A DNA stretch of 64,000 nt from Prolixibacteraceae bacterium UBA6029. Lineage in GTDB: Bacteria; Bacteroidota; Bacteroidia; Bacteroidales; Prolixibacteraceae. The stretch spans positions 800-64,799 of the forward strand of contig DIZL01000048.1 of NCBI GenBank assembly GCA_002429385.1, written 5' to 3'. Positions 1 through 11,425 of this stretch are shown here, in pieces. The position numbers were made by a program, and so were the translations under genes. Under the pieces are notes generated by a model. The model had not been told where the DNA came from, did no database searches, and was given only the letters and a program-made list of their open reading frames with translations. The number at the start of each line of letters is the position of its first letter. Positions within the stretch are counted from its first letter, which is position 1.

Positions 1-1622
1 CCGATGTGCATGGAAATGTTTCAACTGCAACTGCCGTTGTAACCGTTGAAGATCATGTTGCCCCTGTTGCAATTGCACAGAATGTCACGATCCAGCTAAA
101 TGCTTCCGGTGCAGCTTCGATTACCGCTGTTCAGATTAACAATGGCTCGACCGATGCTTGTGGTATTGCTTCACTGGTATTGGATAAAACTACATTCGAT
201 TGTTCAAATGTGGGTGCCAACACCGTTATCCTGACAGTAACCGATAATCACAACAACGTTTCGACAGTTTCAGCAACAGTAACCGTTCAGGATAATATCG
301 CTCCTAAACTGACTGTTCCTGCAAACATTGTTCGACTCAACGATGCCGGTGTTTGCGGTGCCGTGTTGAACATTGGCTTGGCAGTCGCTACCGATAATTG
401 CAGTGTGGCTTCTGTAACCAGTAACGCTCCTGCCTTCTTCCCTGTTGGCATCACTACCATTACCTGGACTGCCGTTGATGTGAACGGAAATTCAACAACC
501 GGAACACAGACCGTGGAAATCACAAACAATGCTCCTGTTATTAGCGGACTCACTGTTTCGCCACTCGTGAAACTTGGAGATGCCACCGTTGCTGCTGCAA
601 ATCATGCCGACAACAACCTGGTTTCTGCAACCTGGAGCTGGGGCGATGGTTCGTCAACTACCGGAGTCATTGCCGGAACACACTTATCAGGAAATCATTT
701 CTACAGCCAGACCGGTCTTTACGATGTGACCCTGACCATTATGGATGCTTGTGGTAAAACCGACACTGAAGTATATAGTTACGTGGTCATTTACAATCCT
801 TGCGACGGGTTCATTACCGGAGGCGGTTTAATCTCAACTACCAGTGGATCTTATGCTGGACAGCCAACGCTGACGGATAGATCAGAATATGAATTCGAAG
901 CCCAATACAAAAAAGGAGATGTCGTTCCTTCCGGAGAATTTCAATTCCAATTGAAAACTTCCAGCTTTAAAGTAGAATCATCTTCATTAGATTGGTTGAT
1001 GGTCAACAATGACCAGGCAATACTGAAAGGTTCGGCTACCGTAAACGGACAAAGCGGTTATCGCTTTATCGCCTCCATGATTGACGGCAATATCGTGGTT
1101 AAAAACGGAACCGATTACCTGAGACTGATTGTTTGGGATAATGCAGGAAATGTACTGTATGACAACCAAAGCGGTAATTTGGATAATGCAAGAGCTTCCA
1201 ATCCAATTTATGAAGGACAAATTGTGATTCATAAGTCCAAAAAGGGAAATTGTTACGATTATGAGGAAGAAGTCGTGGATAAAGCAGCCGATGTATCATC
1301 CGGAGATGGCACCAAGAGCGGAAGCGTAAGCGTCGCCCTGGTCCCTGTTCAGATCGAAATGACTGTCTATCCAAACCCGGTTGTTGATGGTACAGTAAAC
1401 ATATCCATCGAAAATTTTGGCAACACAAAGGCTAAAGTGGATCTGACCAGCCTAACCGGACAATCGGTTTATTCCATTCCAAGTGTGACCTTCGCAGCTG
1501 GAAATGCAAAAATCGACTTTAAACAAGCTAATCTGAAATCAGGTAATTACCTGTTGCGTGTTTCAGAAATTGGTGGTTCAAGAGTTGGTGTGAAACAAAT
1601 CATCGTTTCAAGCAAAAATTAA
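1..1622 (+). CDS. T9SS-sorted surface protein with Ig-like/HYR and PKD repeats (5' partial)
   Basis: Track ORF 6..1622 stays open to the window edge. HYR-like repeat (ATDNCSVASVTSN...ITWTAVDVNGN), PKD signature WSWGDGSS, and a C-terminal T9SS sorting domain (TVYPNPVVDGTVNISI...SGNYLLRV). Confidence 0.8.
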   Translation, partial: DVHGNVSTATAVVTVEDHVAPVAIAQNVTIQLNASGAASITAVQINNGSTDACGIASLVLDKTTFDCSNVGANTVILTVTDNHNNVSTVSATVTVQDNIAPKLTVPANIVRLNDAGVCGAVLNIGLAVATDNCSVASVTSNAPAFFPVGITTITWTAVDVNGNSTTGTQTVEITNNAPVISGLTVSPLVKLGDATVAAANHADNNLVSATWSWGDGSSTTGVIAGTHLSGNHFYSQTGLYDVTLTIMDACGKTDTEVYSYVVIYNPCDGFITGGGLISTTSGSYAGQPTLTDRSEYEFEAQYKKGDVVPSGEFQFQLKTSSFKVESSSLDWLMVNNDQAILKGSATVNGQSGYRFIASMIDGNIVVKNGTDYLRLIVWDNAGNVLYDNQSGNLDNARASNPIYEGQIVIHKSKKGNCYDYEEEVVDKAADVSSGDGTKSGSVSVALVPVQIEMTVYPNPVVDGTVNISIENFGNTKAKVDLTSLTGQSVYSIPSVTFAAGNAKIDFKQANLKSGNYLLRVSEIGGSRVGVKQIIVSSKN

Positions 1623-1644
1623 AACATCCGAAGTTCCTGCTTTC

Positions 1645-1677
1645 AAAGCCGCCTCAAGCAATTGGGGCGGCTTTTTT
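1645..1677 (+). terminator. Rho-independent terminator after the T9SS surface protein gene
   Basis: Stem aaagccgcc (1645-1653) pairs with ggcggcttt (1666-1674) and runs into a T6 tract. It lies 23 nt after the stop codon. Confidence 0.75.
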
Positions 1678-1850
1678 AATGGAGAAAGTCCAATATTATT
1701 AAAACTAAATCAGTCTTTTGATCAGACCAACCCTTGTTTTCTTATTTTTGCTACATAAATGTGATCTGGAGATATATTTCCAGATTATAGGCAAATACTG
1801 ATAACCTGATTGTTTTTTCAGGGAAAAATTAACAAACACTGCTTTAAACA

Positions 1851-3899
1851 ATGAGTTTTCTTTTTCCAGCTTTTCTTTTTGCACTATTTTCACTGTCAAT
1901 ACCGGTAATTATTCATCTATTTAATTTCAAACGGTATAAGACTCTCTATTTCAGTAATGTTTCGCTATTAAAACGTATCAAACAGGAATCGAAAAAGAAA
2001 TCTCAGCTTAAACAACTATTAATATTAATTGCCCGATTATTGGCGATTACTTCCCTGGTTATTGCATTCAGCCGTCCATATATACCCCTTACAAAGAAAA
2101 CATCCAGTGCAGCACAGCAAGTTGTGGCGATCTATATTGATAACACCTTCAGCATGAAAGCTGAAAGTGAAAAAGGCCCGCTGTTGGAACAGGCAAAATT
2201 AAAGGCTATTGAAATTGCCAATTCGTATAGGGTCGGAACCCAGTTTCTGATAATTACAAGTGATTTCTTACCCGAACATGAGTTTTTACTCAATAAGGAA
2301 CAGTTTATTCAACAAATAGCCGCGATAAAAGAGAGTCCTCTTTCTCCAAAATTATCAAATGTTTATTCTCAGGCAATACGGACAATTTCAGCTTCAGTAA
2401 AAAGGGCTGATAAAACGATCTATATATTATCTGATTTTCAGAAAAACAGTACAGATATTGAATCGATAAAACCCGACTCATCCGTATGGACCTATTTATT
2501 TCCTTTTAAAGCCGCAAAGACAAACAATTTACTGATTGACTCCTGTTGGTTTGAAGTACCCATACGGAAAATAGGACAGCCTGAAAAGCTTTTTGTCAGG
2601 ATTAAGAACTTATCGAACCAGGCCTACCAGAATATTCCGATCCGTTTAACAATTAACGATTCTCTAAAGGCCATTACAAACATCAACATTAGCGGGCAGG
2701 AGGTATCGACACAGGAACTGAATTACACCAATAATTCGGAAGGTATACAGCTTTGCAAAGTTGAACTCGATGATTATCCGATAATCTATGACAATTCATA
2801 TTATTTGAGCTACCACGTTCGGGGAAAACTAAATGCTCTTGGAATTTCAAACCCATTGAACGACGGTTCAACTTACCTGAAATCCTTGTTCGCCAATGAT
2901 GAATTGGTAAGTTACAACGAGTATCCCGAAAATAACATACAGATTTCACAGCTTAAAAACTTTCAGTGTATATTTCTGATTAATAATCAAAAGATTAGCT
3001 CAGGATTAAAAAGTGAATTGACTTCCTTTGTTGAACAGGGAGGTTCATTAGTCATTTTTCCTGACCGATTGGCGAACTATGAGGACTACAATGCTTTGCT
3101 TAATGCACTTAACGGGAAAACTTATGCCGGATATGATACTTTATCGCTTAGTATCTCGGAGATTAATTACGACAATGAATTGTACCGGGAAGTATTCAAA
3201 AAGAAGGAAGATGAAGCCGATCTGCCAGTAATTAAAGGGTCGGTGAATTTTACCGATCAAATGCAGAGATCAGAAATCACTCTCTTAAAGTTTCGCAATG
3301 GTAAAAGTGCTTTAAATACACATTCCTTCGGAGACGGAACTGTTTATACCTTTGCTTTTCCACTTGACAAAAAGAATTTCAATTTCATCAGGCATGTCAT
3401 TTTTGTACCTACGATCTACAACATGGTTTTAAACAGCGGGGACAAACAGAAATATGCTTATTCGATCGATAACGAAGAACCAATTTATCTAAATCAAAAC
3501 CAAAATCCAGGCGAATTAAAGGTCGTTAATTTAAAGACAAAAGACGAATTTCTGACCAACATCCGTAGGATAGGATCTGGTAAAAAACAACTCATCCTGG
3601 ATGAATTACCTAAGCAAGCGGGACATTATCTGGTAAAGGACGGAAGCCAAACAATTCAATCCATTTCGTATAATTTCTCCCGAAGAGAGTCTGTACCTGA
3701 ATTTTATTCTGAAGAAGATCTTCAGAATAAAATTCAATCCAGTAAATTCAAACAATTTCAGCTTATAAAATCTTCAGAGATCACTTTTAGCGAAACAATA
3801 AAAGAACTTAACAATGGCCGACAATTATGGAAATATTTCATTATTCTGGCAATCCTGTTTCTTTTTTGTGAGATAGCAGTTATCCGGTTTTGGAAATAG
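1851..3899 (+). CDS. BatA-N (N-terminal double-transmembrane, TIGR02226-like) domain membrane protein
   Basis: 682-aa ORF. The N-terminus MSFLFPAFLFALFSLSIPVIIHLFNFKR... followed by a second TM helix is the typical aerotolerance-regulator N-terminal domain. There is also a C-terminal TM helix. Family assigned from memory. Confidence 0.6.
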   Translation: MSFLFPAFLFALFSLSIPVIIHLFNFKRYKTLYFSNVSLLKRIKQESKKKSQLKQLLILIARLLAITSLVIAFSRPYIPLTKKTSSAAQQVVAIYIDNTFSMKAESEKGPLLEQAKLKAIEIANSYRVGTQFLIITSDFLPEHEFLLNKEQFIQQIAAIKESPLSPKLSNVYSQAIRTISASVKRADKTIYILSDFQKNSTDIESIKPDSSVWTYLFPFKAAKTNNLLIDSCWFEVPIRKIGQPEKLFVRIKNLSNQAYQNIPIRLTINDSLKAITNINISGQEVSTQELNYTNNSEGIQLCKVELDDYPIIYDNSYYLSYHVRGKLNALGISNPLNDGSTYLKSLFANDELVSYNEYPENNIQISQLKNFQCIFLINNQKISSGLKSELTSFVEQGGSLVIFPDRLANYEDYNALLNALNGKTYAGYDTLSLSISEINYDNELYREVFKKKEDEADLPVIKGSVNFTDQMQRSEITLLKFRNGKSALNTHSFGDGTVYTFAFPLDKKNFNFIRHVIFVPTIYNMVLNSGDKQKYAYSIDNEEPIYLNQNQNPGELKVVNLKTKDEFLTNIRRIGSGKKQLILDELPKQAGHYLVKDGSQTIQSISYNFSRRESVPEFYSEEDLQNKIQSSKFKQFQLIKSSEITFSETIKELNNGRQLWKYFIILAILFLFCEIAVIRFWK

Positions 3900-4098
3900 G
3901 AAAAAACAGCAGATAAATCACTTCAAATCAGATAAGCACATGGATGTGAATCAGATTTATCTGAGAGATTCACTCTATGCTTTACTAAACTCATTATTCG
4001 ATAAGTAATCAGACAAACACGAATAGCAGACAAAAATCATTTGATGGTAATTAGAATATACCTAATTCTGTAGCTCAATAACTAAAAACAGTATACCA

Positions 4099-5322
4099 AT
4101 GAATGCATTAAGTCCTAAAGATTATATGGATCGTGAAGCCCGTTATGGTGCACACAATTACCATCCACTTCCAGTCGTTCTCGAACGTGGTGAAGGTGTT
4201 TATGTATGGGATGTCGAAGGTAAAAAATATTTTGATTTTCTGTCAGCATATTCTGCTGTAAATCAAGGACATTGTCATCCAAAGATTGTTCAGGCGATGA
4301 TAGATCAGGCACAAAAACTGGCGCTGACCTCCAGGGCTTTTTACAATGATGTTTTGGGCGAATGGGAAGAATACATGACCAAATTGTTTGGTTACGATAA
4401 AATGTTACCAATGAATTCAGGAGCAGAAGCGGATGAAACTGCTTTAAAACTGATCCGAAAATGGGCATACAAGGTAAAGGGGATTCCAAAAGGCGAGGCT
4501 AAGATCATTGTCTGTAACGGCAACTTTCACGGCCGTACCATTACCATTATATCAATGTCGTCTGATCCTGAATCGTACAATGATTACGGACCATACACCC
4601 CGGGGTTTATCAATATTCCATATAACGATGTGAAAGCTCTTGAAAAAGCACTCGAAGATCCGAATGCGGCAGGATTACTGGTTGAACCGATTCAGGCCGA
4701 GGCAGGTGTTTATGTTCCTGAAGATGGGTATTTGCGCAAAGCATTTGATCTGTGCAAAAAACACAATGTTCTTTTCGTTGCCGATGAAGTTCAGACCGGA
4801 CTTGCCCGAACAGGTAAAATGCTCGCCTGTGATCATGAAAACGTCAGACCGGATATTTTGGTACTTGGAAAGGCCATTTCAGGAGGAATGTTGCCCGTTT
4901 CATGCGTTCTGGCCGACAATGAAATAATGCTGACCATTAAACCAGGAGAACATGGATCGACTTACGGAGGAAACCCCATCGCTGCAAAAGTGGCCATTGC
5001 TGCACTTGACGTTATCAAGGATGAGAATCTGGCAGAGAATGCGGAGAATATGGGAAAAATATTCAGGAAACGATTAGAATCAATCGATTCTGATCTGATT
5101 GAAATTGTTCGGGGAAAAGGATTACTGAATGCTGTTGTAATTAATTCAGTCAATGGCATTACAGCCTGGGATGTTTGTTTAGCATTAAAAAACAATGGAT
5201 TACTGGCTAAACCTACTCATGAACATATCATCCGTTTTACACCCCCACTCATTATCAATGAAGAACAAATCAGTATTGCGCTTGATATCATCGAAAAGAC
5301 TTTTGCTGAATTAGGCAAATAG
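4099..5322 (+). CDS. rocD: ornithine--oxo-acid aminotransferase
   Basis: 407-aa class-III aminotransferase. The N-terminal block [49 protein letters not shown] is typical of OAT. Confidence 0.88.
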   Translation: MNALSPKDYMDREARYGAHNYHPLPVVLERGEGVYVWDVEGKKYFDFLSAYSAVNQGHCHPKIVQAMIDQAQKLALTSRAFYNDVLGEWEEYMTKLFGYDKMLPMNSGAEADETALKLIRKWAYKVKGIPKGEAKIIVCNGNFHGRTITIISMSSDPESYNDYGPYTPGFINIPYNDVKALEKALEDPNAAGLLVEPIQAEAGVYVPEDGYLRKAFDLCKKHNVLFVADEVQTGLARTGKMLACDHENVRPDILVLGKAISGGMLPVSCVLADNEIMLTIKPGEHGSTYGGNPIAAKVAIAALDVIKDENLAENAENMGKIFRKRLESIDSDLIEIVRGKGLLNAVVINSVNGITAWDVCLALKNNGLLAKPTHEHIIRFTPPLIINEEQISIALDIIEKTFAELGK

Positions 5323-5364
5323 ATATTTTAATCCTAAGCTGATCCAATAGTCAGCACATGACAT

Positions 5365-5428
5365 GAAAGCAATAGACGGCAATTTTACATTAAAATATGC
5401 CATTTATTGCTTTCTTTTATTTATTTTG
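5365..5428 (+). terminator. Hairpin plus T-rich tail downstream of rocD
   Basis: gaaagcaata (5365-5374) pairs with tattgctttc (5405-5414), with an inner ggca/tgcc pairing, followed by ttttatttatttt. Confidence 0.6.
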
Positions 5429-5561
5429 AAAACATATTGAAAACATTACTGATTTTTTATCAATAAAGAGTAACTTTTTCATAATATTAAGGTTTATATA
5501 AATAGATCTGATCGTATTCAAACTTAACCTGTTTGTGAGGATTTTAAAACTATAATTATCC

Positions 5562-8500
5562 ATGGCAGCTATTCGGGAAAAAATTGTGAAGACGGTGGCA
5601 GCTGTACTTTTAGTAGTGATACTGATCGCTTTGGCAGGATTCGCTTTACTATATTTCGAAGCTCAGAGTTATTTAAATAAAAATCTCTCGGAATTAGTTG
5701 ATAAAAAATCAAAGGGAAAGTATGAACTGACTTTTGAGAATCTCGCATTTAATATTAAACAATGGGGAATTGAAATCAACCAGGTTTCATTTCATCCGTC
5801 TGACTCCATCACAAAAACGTTTGACAATACCAAATCAAATAAACAATTTTATTCATTTTCCTCACCAAGCATTCGCATAAGCGGAATCAAACTGCTTCAG
5901 TTGATTTTGGAGAAAAAATTGGAACTCGGAGAAATCCTCATTAGTCAGCCTGAACTGATCATTCACGGCAAACAAAACGGTTCTGATGATCAGAAAGACA
6001 ATCTCATAACCCTTATCCAGGAATTAAAACCACTTGTGACCAAATCGTTCAAATCAATAAAAATTGATAAGATTGAATTATCGAACGCGAGCTTTGACTT
6101 TTATAAACTATTGGGTGACACCCGAAAATTAGCCAATGCCGAAAATATTACCTTCGGAATACTGAATTTTTATACAGATTCTTTGCTGTTACCTGATCCC
6201 AATCGTTTGTTTAACACAGATGACATTTATCTGCGAATGCAAAACTATCAAAATAAGCTTGCTGACAGCATTCACTCGCTAAGTGCAGAGTTTGTTACCT
6301 ATTCGCTGAAACATTCACAGATTGAAGCAAAAAACGTCGAATTAAAGCCAATTAACCAACGGATAACAGAAAAAGCCCGATATCAGATCTTTGTTCCAAC
6401 TGCAAAAATAACCAGTAGCCATATCAAAGAATTCTACCGCAACAATTCGATCCCAATTGATTCTGTCATCTTAAAAGATGCGAAGATCAGTTACTGGCCT
6501 GGCGAAAAACTTGTAAACGTAAAAATGGAACCTGTTGATCAATTCAATCTGTATGATTTAATCAAGAATGAGTTATCGAATATCAGCATTCGGAATTTTA
6601 AATTACAAAATGCCGAATTATTGCTTTTCAAATCTCAGACTGATCTGACAAACCAACAGGAATTAAAGAAAATAAATATCAAGTTGGAAGATTTTCTTCT
6701 CGACTCTGTTTCGTTACTGGATACAAGCAGAATCTTTTATTCAAAACACATCGATTTTTCTGCTTCAGATTATGAACTGATTCTTGGCGATAACATTCAC
6801 CGGATCAAAGCCGGATTCCTTAAACTATCGACTCAAAAAAACTCGGTCCTTGTTAAAAACATTCAGATATTCCCTTTACAAACCAAAAAAAACACCAGCC
6901 TCCCTAAAAATACCATCGAGGCCAATTGTGATAGTATAAGACTCGATCAGTTTAATTTCAAAAAAGCCTTTCATGATAAAAGGTTTGTATTTCAACACAT
7001 TAACTTATTTAATCCTCAAGTCAAACTTACCCAAAATCAAATTGATAAAAAAGATACCACATCTGAAAATCCAAGTTTCATTTATAATCTGATCTCTAAA
7101 TATGTAAAAGGTGTATATTCAAAACAGGTAACTATTCAGAAGGGAAAAATTCAATTACTGAACAAAACCGGTGTTATACAGACTGGCAACATTGAGTCAG
7201 CCATAAGATTGCAGCTGGGCGAATTTGCATTGGATGAAATCAGTGTAAAGAGAACTGACCGTTTGTTTTATGCAAACCAGATAGAACTGAATTTCAGTGA
7301 TTATCAGATGCAGCTTGTTGATCAGCTACATAAACTAACCATTGGCAATTTGTCTATTTCAACCAGAAAGAGAGAGGCTCTGCTTCAAAATCTGCATCTT
7401 TTCCCTGTTGCTAAAGAAAACATAGAAAGTTTGCTTAAACAGTATAATCGTAATGAATTATATGAGTTTACAATTCCAGAACTATCTTTGTTAAATGCAG
7501 ATTTTCATCAGGCATTTTTCAACAAAAAACTAGCTATGGATACCTTAAGTATAAAATCACCTCAAATATATTATGAGAATTTCGCCCTGCTGAAACAATC
7601 AAAGCCTAAGGTTGAATTTGACGATCTTTTTGAACTTTTATCAAATTACCTGGATGAAATAAAAATTGGGAATGTGGTAATCCCGGATGGCACGATCAAG
7701 CTGATTAATCATAGCCGAAAAGGCAAAACGATCTCTCTCGACAATAAATTTAGCCTTGCTCTGGAAAATACATTGATTAACAAAGAACAATTTGATCAAA
7801 AAAGGCTGCTTTTTTCTGAATTTGTTGACTTTTCTGTCCGCGACCACCTGATCCGCCTTTCGGATAATGTTCATGTAATAAGGGCAGGTGAAGTCGGCTT
7901 TTCAACCCGCCGCAAAGAGGTATTTGTCATCAATGCCCGAATGTATCCTGAAACAAACAGTCTGGATTTTTCCAATATTAAATGGAATATTCAGCTGACG
8001 GTTCCTGAGTTGAGAATCAAAGGCATAAATATTGAAGAATTTTACTTCGACCATAAAATTGATGCCGATAATCTGCTGATAAGCTCTCCTGAGATCAAGA
8101 TCTATCAAAAGCAAAAAGGAACCGATATGAAGGATTTAAAAGAAGTCACGTTTCCTTTGCCAAAAGAGATTGAATCTATTGCGATTCGAAAGTTCAGTCT
8201 GACTGATGGTTCGTTGAAAATCTTTTCCGAATTGGGGATAAAACCTTTCCTGTTGGTCCAGTCTGACCTTAAAATGGACGCTCAGAATATCCTCATTTTA
8301 AAAAATACGGAAGAAGCAAGACCCGAATTTAAAAGTGGCGATTATACAGGTAAACTGCTCCAGTTTACTTTTACCCCCAAGGATAAGAACCAGCTATTCA
8401 GTATCGATGAGTTGTCTTTTTCAACCCTCGAGAGAAGAATCCTGGCCAGTAATCTTGTCGTAAAACCTATCACGAAGAATGCGGGTAAAGATCAGTTCGA

Positions 8501-9851
8501 GCTACATATTCCATCACTTGCCATGAATGGTTTTGACATGGATAAAGCCTATCAGAAGGACCAGTTTACCTTTGAATCGATTGTAACCGAAAAACCTTCT
8601 TTCAAATTATATAATAATGAAAAAGACTCGTCAAAATTCAATCCGTTCAAGATAAATCTATATGCTCACTTTGAAAGTTTTGCCGATGTTTTTTCTACCA
8701 AAATACTTAACGTTCGGGATGCTGATATTGCTGTCTTCAAAAGCGGACAAAAGAAATTCCAGGAAATTGTGACATTTAATCTGACGAATGTTCGGATAGA
8801 TAAGAATCCTTCTCAGGGTTTCTTGCATTCCGATGATTTTTCCTTCAAAATTCCAAACATTAAACGTCAGGAAAAGCTCTACCATTATAGTATCGCTGAA
8901 ACTTCATATTCATCAAAAAACAATCGCTTTTCGGCTAAAGATATTCGGGTAATTCCCAATTTTAGTAAAGAAATCTTTCAGAAACAGGTTGGATTTCAGT
9001 CTGACTATTATTCAGGGAATATTGACTCCATCTGTATTGAGAAGCCAAACATTAAACGATGGTTTGACATGAATGAACTAACGGGTAAATATCTCACAAT
9101 TAATGGCTTGGATTTAAACATTTACCGTGACAAACAACTGCCATTCGATGAAAGCAGAAAGCCTAAAATGATTCAGGACATGATTAAATCATCGAAATAC
9201 AAATTTGCTCTTGATTCTTTCAAAATTGAGAACTCAAAAATAACATATACCGAACAACCCGCATCAGGCGATGATGAGGGCAAAATCGGATTCACAAATA
9301 TTGGCGCCCGATTAATGCCTTTTACCAACATGAAAACGGCCAGTGGCATAATCCCCGATTTTAGCTTAAATGGCAGGGCAACAATTCTGGATTCATGCCA
9401 TTTAAAGGTCAATATGAATTACGAAATGAATAATCCCGACAATCGGTTCACGGTAAACGGAAGTCTAAGCCCGTTCAACATGCATATCCTGAATCCGGTA
9501 TTGGAACCGCTATCCATGGTCTCCATACGTTCGGGCCATGTGGACAGTTTCGATTTTTCCTTTACAGCCAATAAAACCAGCGCCACTGGCGACTTATTGT
9601 TTGGATACAAAGAACTTCGGATTTCTGTTCTTGAAACAAAAAACGGGAATACCAGGGAAGCCAAATTTGCCAGTTTCCTTGCAAACAGTTTGTTGGTTCG
9701 GAATAAAAATCCACGAGGAAAAGAGTTGCTTCCTGAAGCCATCAGTTTCCAACGGGATCAAAAACACTCCATGTTGAACTATTGGTGGAAATCAATATTC
9801 AGTGGTGTCCGCAATACACTGGGATTTAAGGAAAAACAAGAACAGGATTAA
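5562..9851 (+). CDS. Very large N-terminally membrane-anchored protein, AsmA/TamB-like (function uncertain)
   Basis: 1429-aa uninterrupted ORF with a single N-terminal TM helix (VAAVLLVVILIALAGFALLYF) and a long repetitive beta-rich body. The family call rests on architecture only. Confidence 0.45.
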   Translation: MAAIREKIVKTVAAVLLVVILIALAGFALLYFEAQSYLNKNLSELVDKKSKGKYELTFENLAFNIKQWGIEINQVSFHPSDSITKTFDNTKSNKQFYSFSSPSIRISGIKLLQLILEKKLELGEILISQPELIIHGKQNGSDDQKDNLITLIQELKPLVTKSFKSIKIDKIELSNASFDFYKLLGDTRKLANAENITFGILNFYTDSLLLPDPNRLFNTDDIYLRMQNYQNKLADSIHSLSAEFVTYSLKHSQIEAKNVELKPINQRITEKARYQIFVPTAKITSSHIKEFYRNNSIPIDSVILKDAKISYWPGEKLVNVKMEPVDQFNLYDLIKNELSNISIRNFKLQNAELLLFKSQTDLTNQQELKKINIKLEDFLLDSVSLLDTSRIFYSKHIDFSASDYELILGDNIHRIKAGFLKLSTQKNSVLVKNIQIFPLQTKKNTSLPKNTIEANCDSIRLDQFNFKKAFHDKRFVFQHINLFNPQVKLTQNQIDKKDTTSENPSFIYNLISKYVKGVYSKQVTIQKGKIQLLNKTGVIQTGNIESAIRLQLGEFALDEISVKRTDRLFYANQIELNFSDYQMQLVDQLHKLTIGNLSISTRKREALLQNLHLFPVAKENIESLLKQYNRNELYEFTIPELSLLNADFHQAFFNKKLAMDTLSIKSPQIYYENFALLKQSKPKVEFDDLFELLSNYLDEIKIGNVVIPDGTIKLINHSRKGKTISLDNKFSLALENTLINKEQFDQKRLLFSEFVDFSVRDHLIRLSDNVHVIRAGEVGFSTRRKEVFVINARMYPETNSLDFSNIKWNIQLTVPELRIKGINIEEFYFDHKIDADNLLISSPEIKIYQKQKGTDMKDLKEVTFPLPKEIESIAIRKFSLTDGSLKIFSELGIKPFLLVQSDLKMDAQNILILKNTEEARPEFKSGDYTGKLLQFTFTPKDKNQLFSIDELSFSTLERRILASNLVVKPITKNAGKDQFELHIPSLAMNGFDMDKAYQKDQFTFESIVTEKPSFKLYNNEKDSSKFNPFKINLYAHFESFADVFSTKILNVRDADIAVFKSGQKKFQEIVTFNLTNVRIDKNPSQGFLHSDDFSFKIPNIKRQEKLYHYSIAETSYSSKNNRFSAKDIRVIPNFSKEIFQKQVGFQSDYYSGNIDSICIEKPNIKRWFDMNELTGKYLTINGLDLNIYRDKQLPFDESRKPKMIQDMIKSSKYKFALDSFKIENSKITYTEQPASGDDEGKIGFTNIGARLMPFTNMKTASGIIPDFSLNGRATILDSCHLKVNMNYEMNNPDNRFTVNGSLSPFNMHILNPVLEPLSMVSIRSGHVDSFDFSFTANKTSATGDLLFGYKELRISVLETKNGNTREAKFASFLANSLLVRNKNPRGKELLPEAISFQRDQKHSMLNYWWKSIFSGVRNTLGFKEKQEQD

Positions 9852-9863
9852 TACCAATAAAAA

Positions 9864-9883
9864 ACCTCGCCGGTTGACGAGGT
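9864..9883. terminator. Bidirectional hairpin between convergent genes
   Basis: acctcg (9864-9869) pairs with cgaggt (9878-9883) across an 8-nt loop. An A-run lies upstream (a T-run on the minus strand) and tatatttta lies downstream. Confidence 0.55.
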
Positions 9884-9890
9884 CTATATT

Positions 9891-11099
9891 TTACAGATTC
9901 AACTTCTTTCGTATGTTCTTCGGTATGGCATCTTTATTCACCATGATCGAAGTTGTTTTGAATTCCACGTAGGGTTTTGAAGCATAAAAGAAACCATCAT
10001 AATCGTTATACTTGCCCCAGGAGTTCTTTACTTTGTAATAGATATTACCAATCTGATCTTTAGCTGTTCCACAGATCACCATTCCATGGTCGTCAGTAGT
10101 TTGGTAATCATCAAAATCAATTTGCCGAAGCTCCTGTGTAATTACCTTTTCAGGGCCAGGTTTGCTAAGTTTGTACAAATCCTCATTTTTTTCCTTCTCA
10201 CTCATTTTTTCCCATTTGGTGATTTCAGCGTCAGTCATATTTGCCTTATCAACCACAGGAACTACTGCAACACCTTTTTGTGAAGTAGAGAATCCTTTTT
10301 CACTCACATCGGCAGCCCATGCAACGGTATAACCAGTATTGACCGAATTATCAATGATCTCTTCCATCTCGTTCAACGGAACATTATACACCTCATCCCA
10401 CGCCCAGTTGTCAGGAACTTCGATGATAAATTTCTCGTAGAACGGATGATGTGTATAAGAAGAAATTTCAACATAATCGTCCATATTCAGTCCTACATAC
10501 TCTTTGGCAAAACTCTTCGGTGTATATTCTTTATCCTGATATTTAAAGGTTTCAGGAAGTTTTCCAAGATAGGTATCCAGAGTTCCTTCTATCACATCAT
10601 GCCAGGCTGTTGTAAGCTTCTTGTTCGGATTATCGACTACTGCTTTTACTTCATCCAAAAGAATCCGGTCCATCTCTCCATGGACATGTTTCTCTTCACC
10701 GTAATTTAATCCGTTATATACTTCATCGGGCACAATACCGTAATTCCGGATTGCATTGGTGACATCATGAAAAGCGCCGCCTCCGCCAAAATTTAAACTG
10801 CCATGCATCCTGACATATTTATACGCTTTATCAGAATAGGCATGATGAACAACAAACATTTCAGATAAATCGACTGAAGGTTTTCCCAACCGAAGCATTT
10901 CGGCTTCCAGAAAACCCAAACCTGAAAACGACCAACAGGTGCCTGAACGATACTGATCTTTAACTGATGTACAGGGAATATCCTTTATTGCAGTGAATTG
11001 ATAAGCTTTTTCCTTCTCAGCTTCCTTTTTTTCCTGAGCAGAAACAACAAAAGAGGCCATCACCACTACTGCCAGGAAAAGATTTCTTAATTTATACAT
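9891..11099 (-). CDS. pepC: aminopeptidase C / bleomycin-hydrolase-type C1B cysteine peptidase
   Basis: 402 aa with a signal peptide. The papain-type active-site context is QYRSGTCWSFSGLGFLE. Confidence 0.82.
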   Translation of the reverse strand: MYKLRNLFLAVVVMASFVVSAQEKKEAEKEKAYQFTAIKDIPCTSVKDQYRSGTCWSFSGLGFLEAEMLRLGKPSVDLSEMFVVHHAYSDKAYKYVRMHGSLNFGGGGAFHDVTNAIRNYGIVPDEVYNGLNYGEEKHVHGEMDRILLDEVKAVVDNPNKKLTTAWHDVIEGTLDTYLGKLPETFKYQDKEYTPKSFAKEYVGLNMDDYVEISSYTHHPFYEKFIIEVPDNWAWDEVYNVPLNEMEEIIDNSVNTGYTVAWAADVSEKGFSTSQKGVAVVPVVDKANMTDAEITKWEKMSEKEKNEDLYKLSKPGPEKVITQELRQIDFDDYQTTDDHGMVICGTAKDQIGNIYYKVKNSWGKYNDYDGFFYASKPYVEFKTTSIMVNKDAIPKNIRKKLNL

Positions 11100-11136
11100 A
11101 CAAATTTCTTAACATTAAACATTTCATTAACGTGGC

Positions 11137-11144
11137 CAAAGATA
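11137..11144 (-). promoter_or_regulatory. Bacteroidota -7 box (TATCTTTG) upstream of pepC
   Basis: The minus strand reads aatatttgTATCTTTGgcc. It lies 37 nt upstream of the ATG. Confidence 0.5.
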
Positions 11145-11425
11145 CAAATATTAATAAGCAAGACTCATCAGATGCACAATAATTCAGCCAGATACTTACA
11201 TTTCAGACTGTTGTACGCATGAAACTATAAAACTTCTTATAATCTGAAATCTAATACCTTCCATTAATTAATTCATACTGAATTAAGATGAAGTTCACAA
11301 AAACATGTTATAAAACAAGTTATTTACTGAAATTGGAACAACTAAATTTCAAATACAAATACTCAAATCTTCCTTGTAAACTGCCGAAATGATGAAACTT
11401 TTCTAACTTTATCGTTTAGATTTAA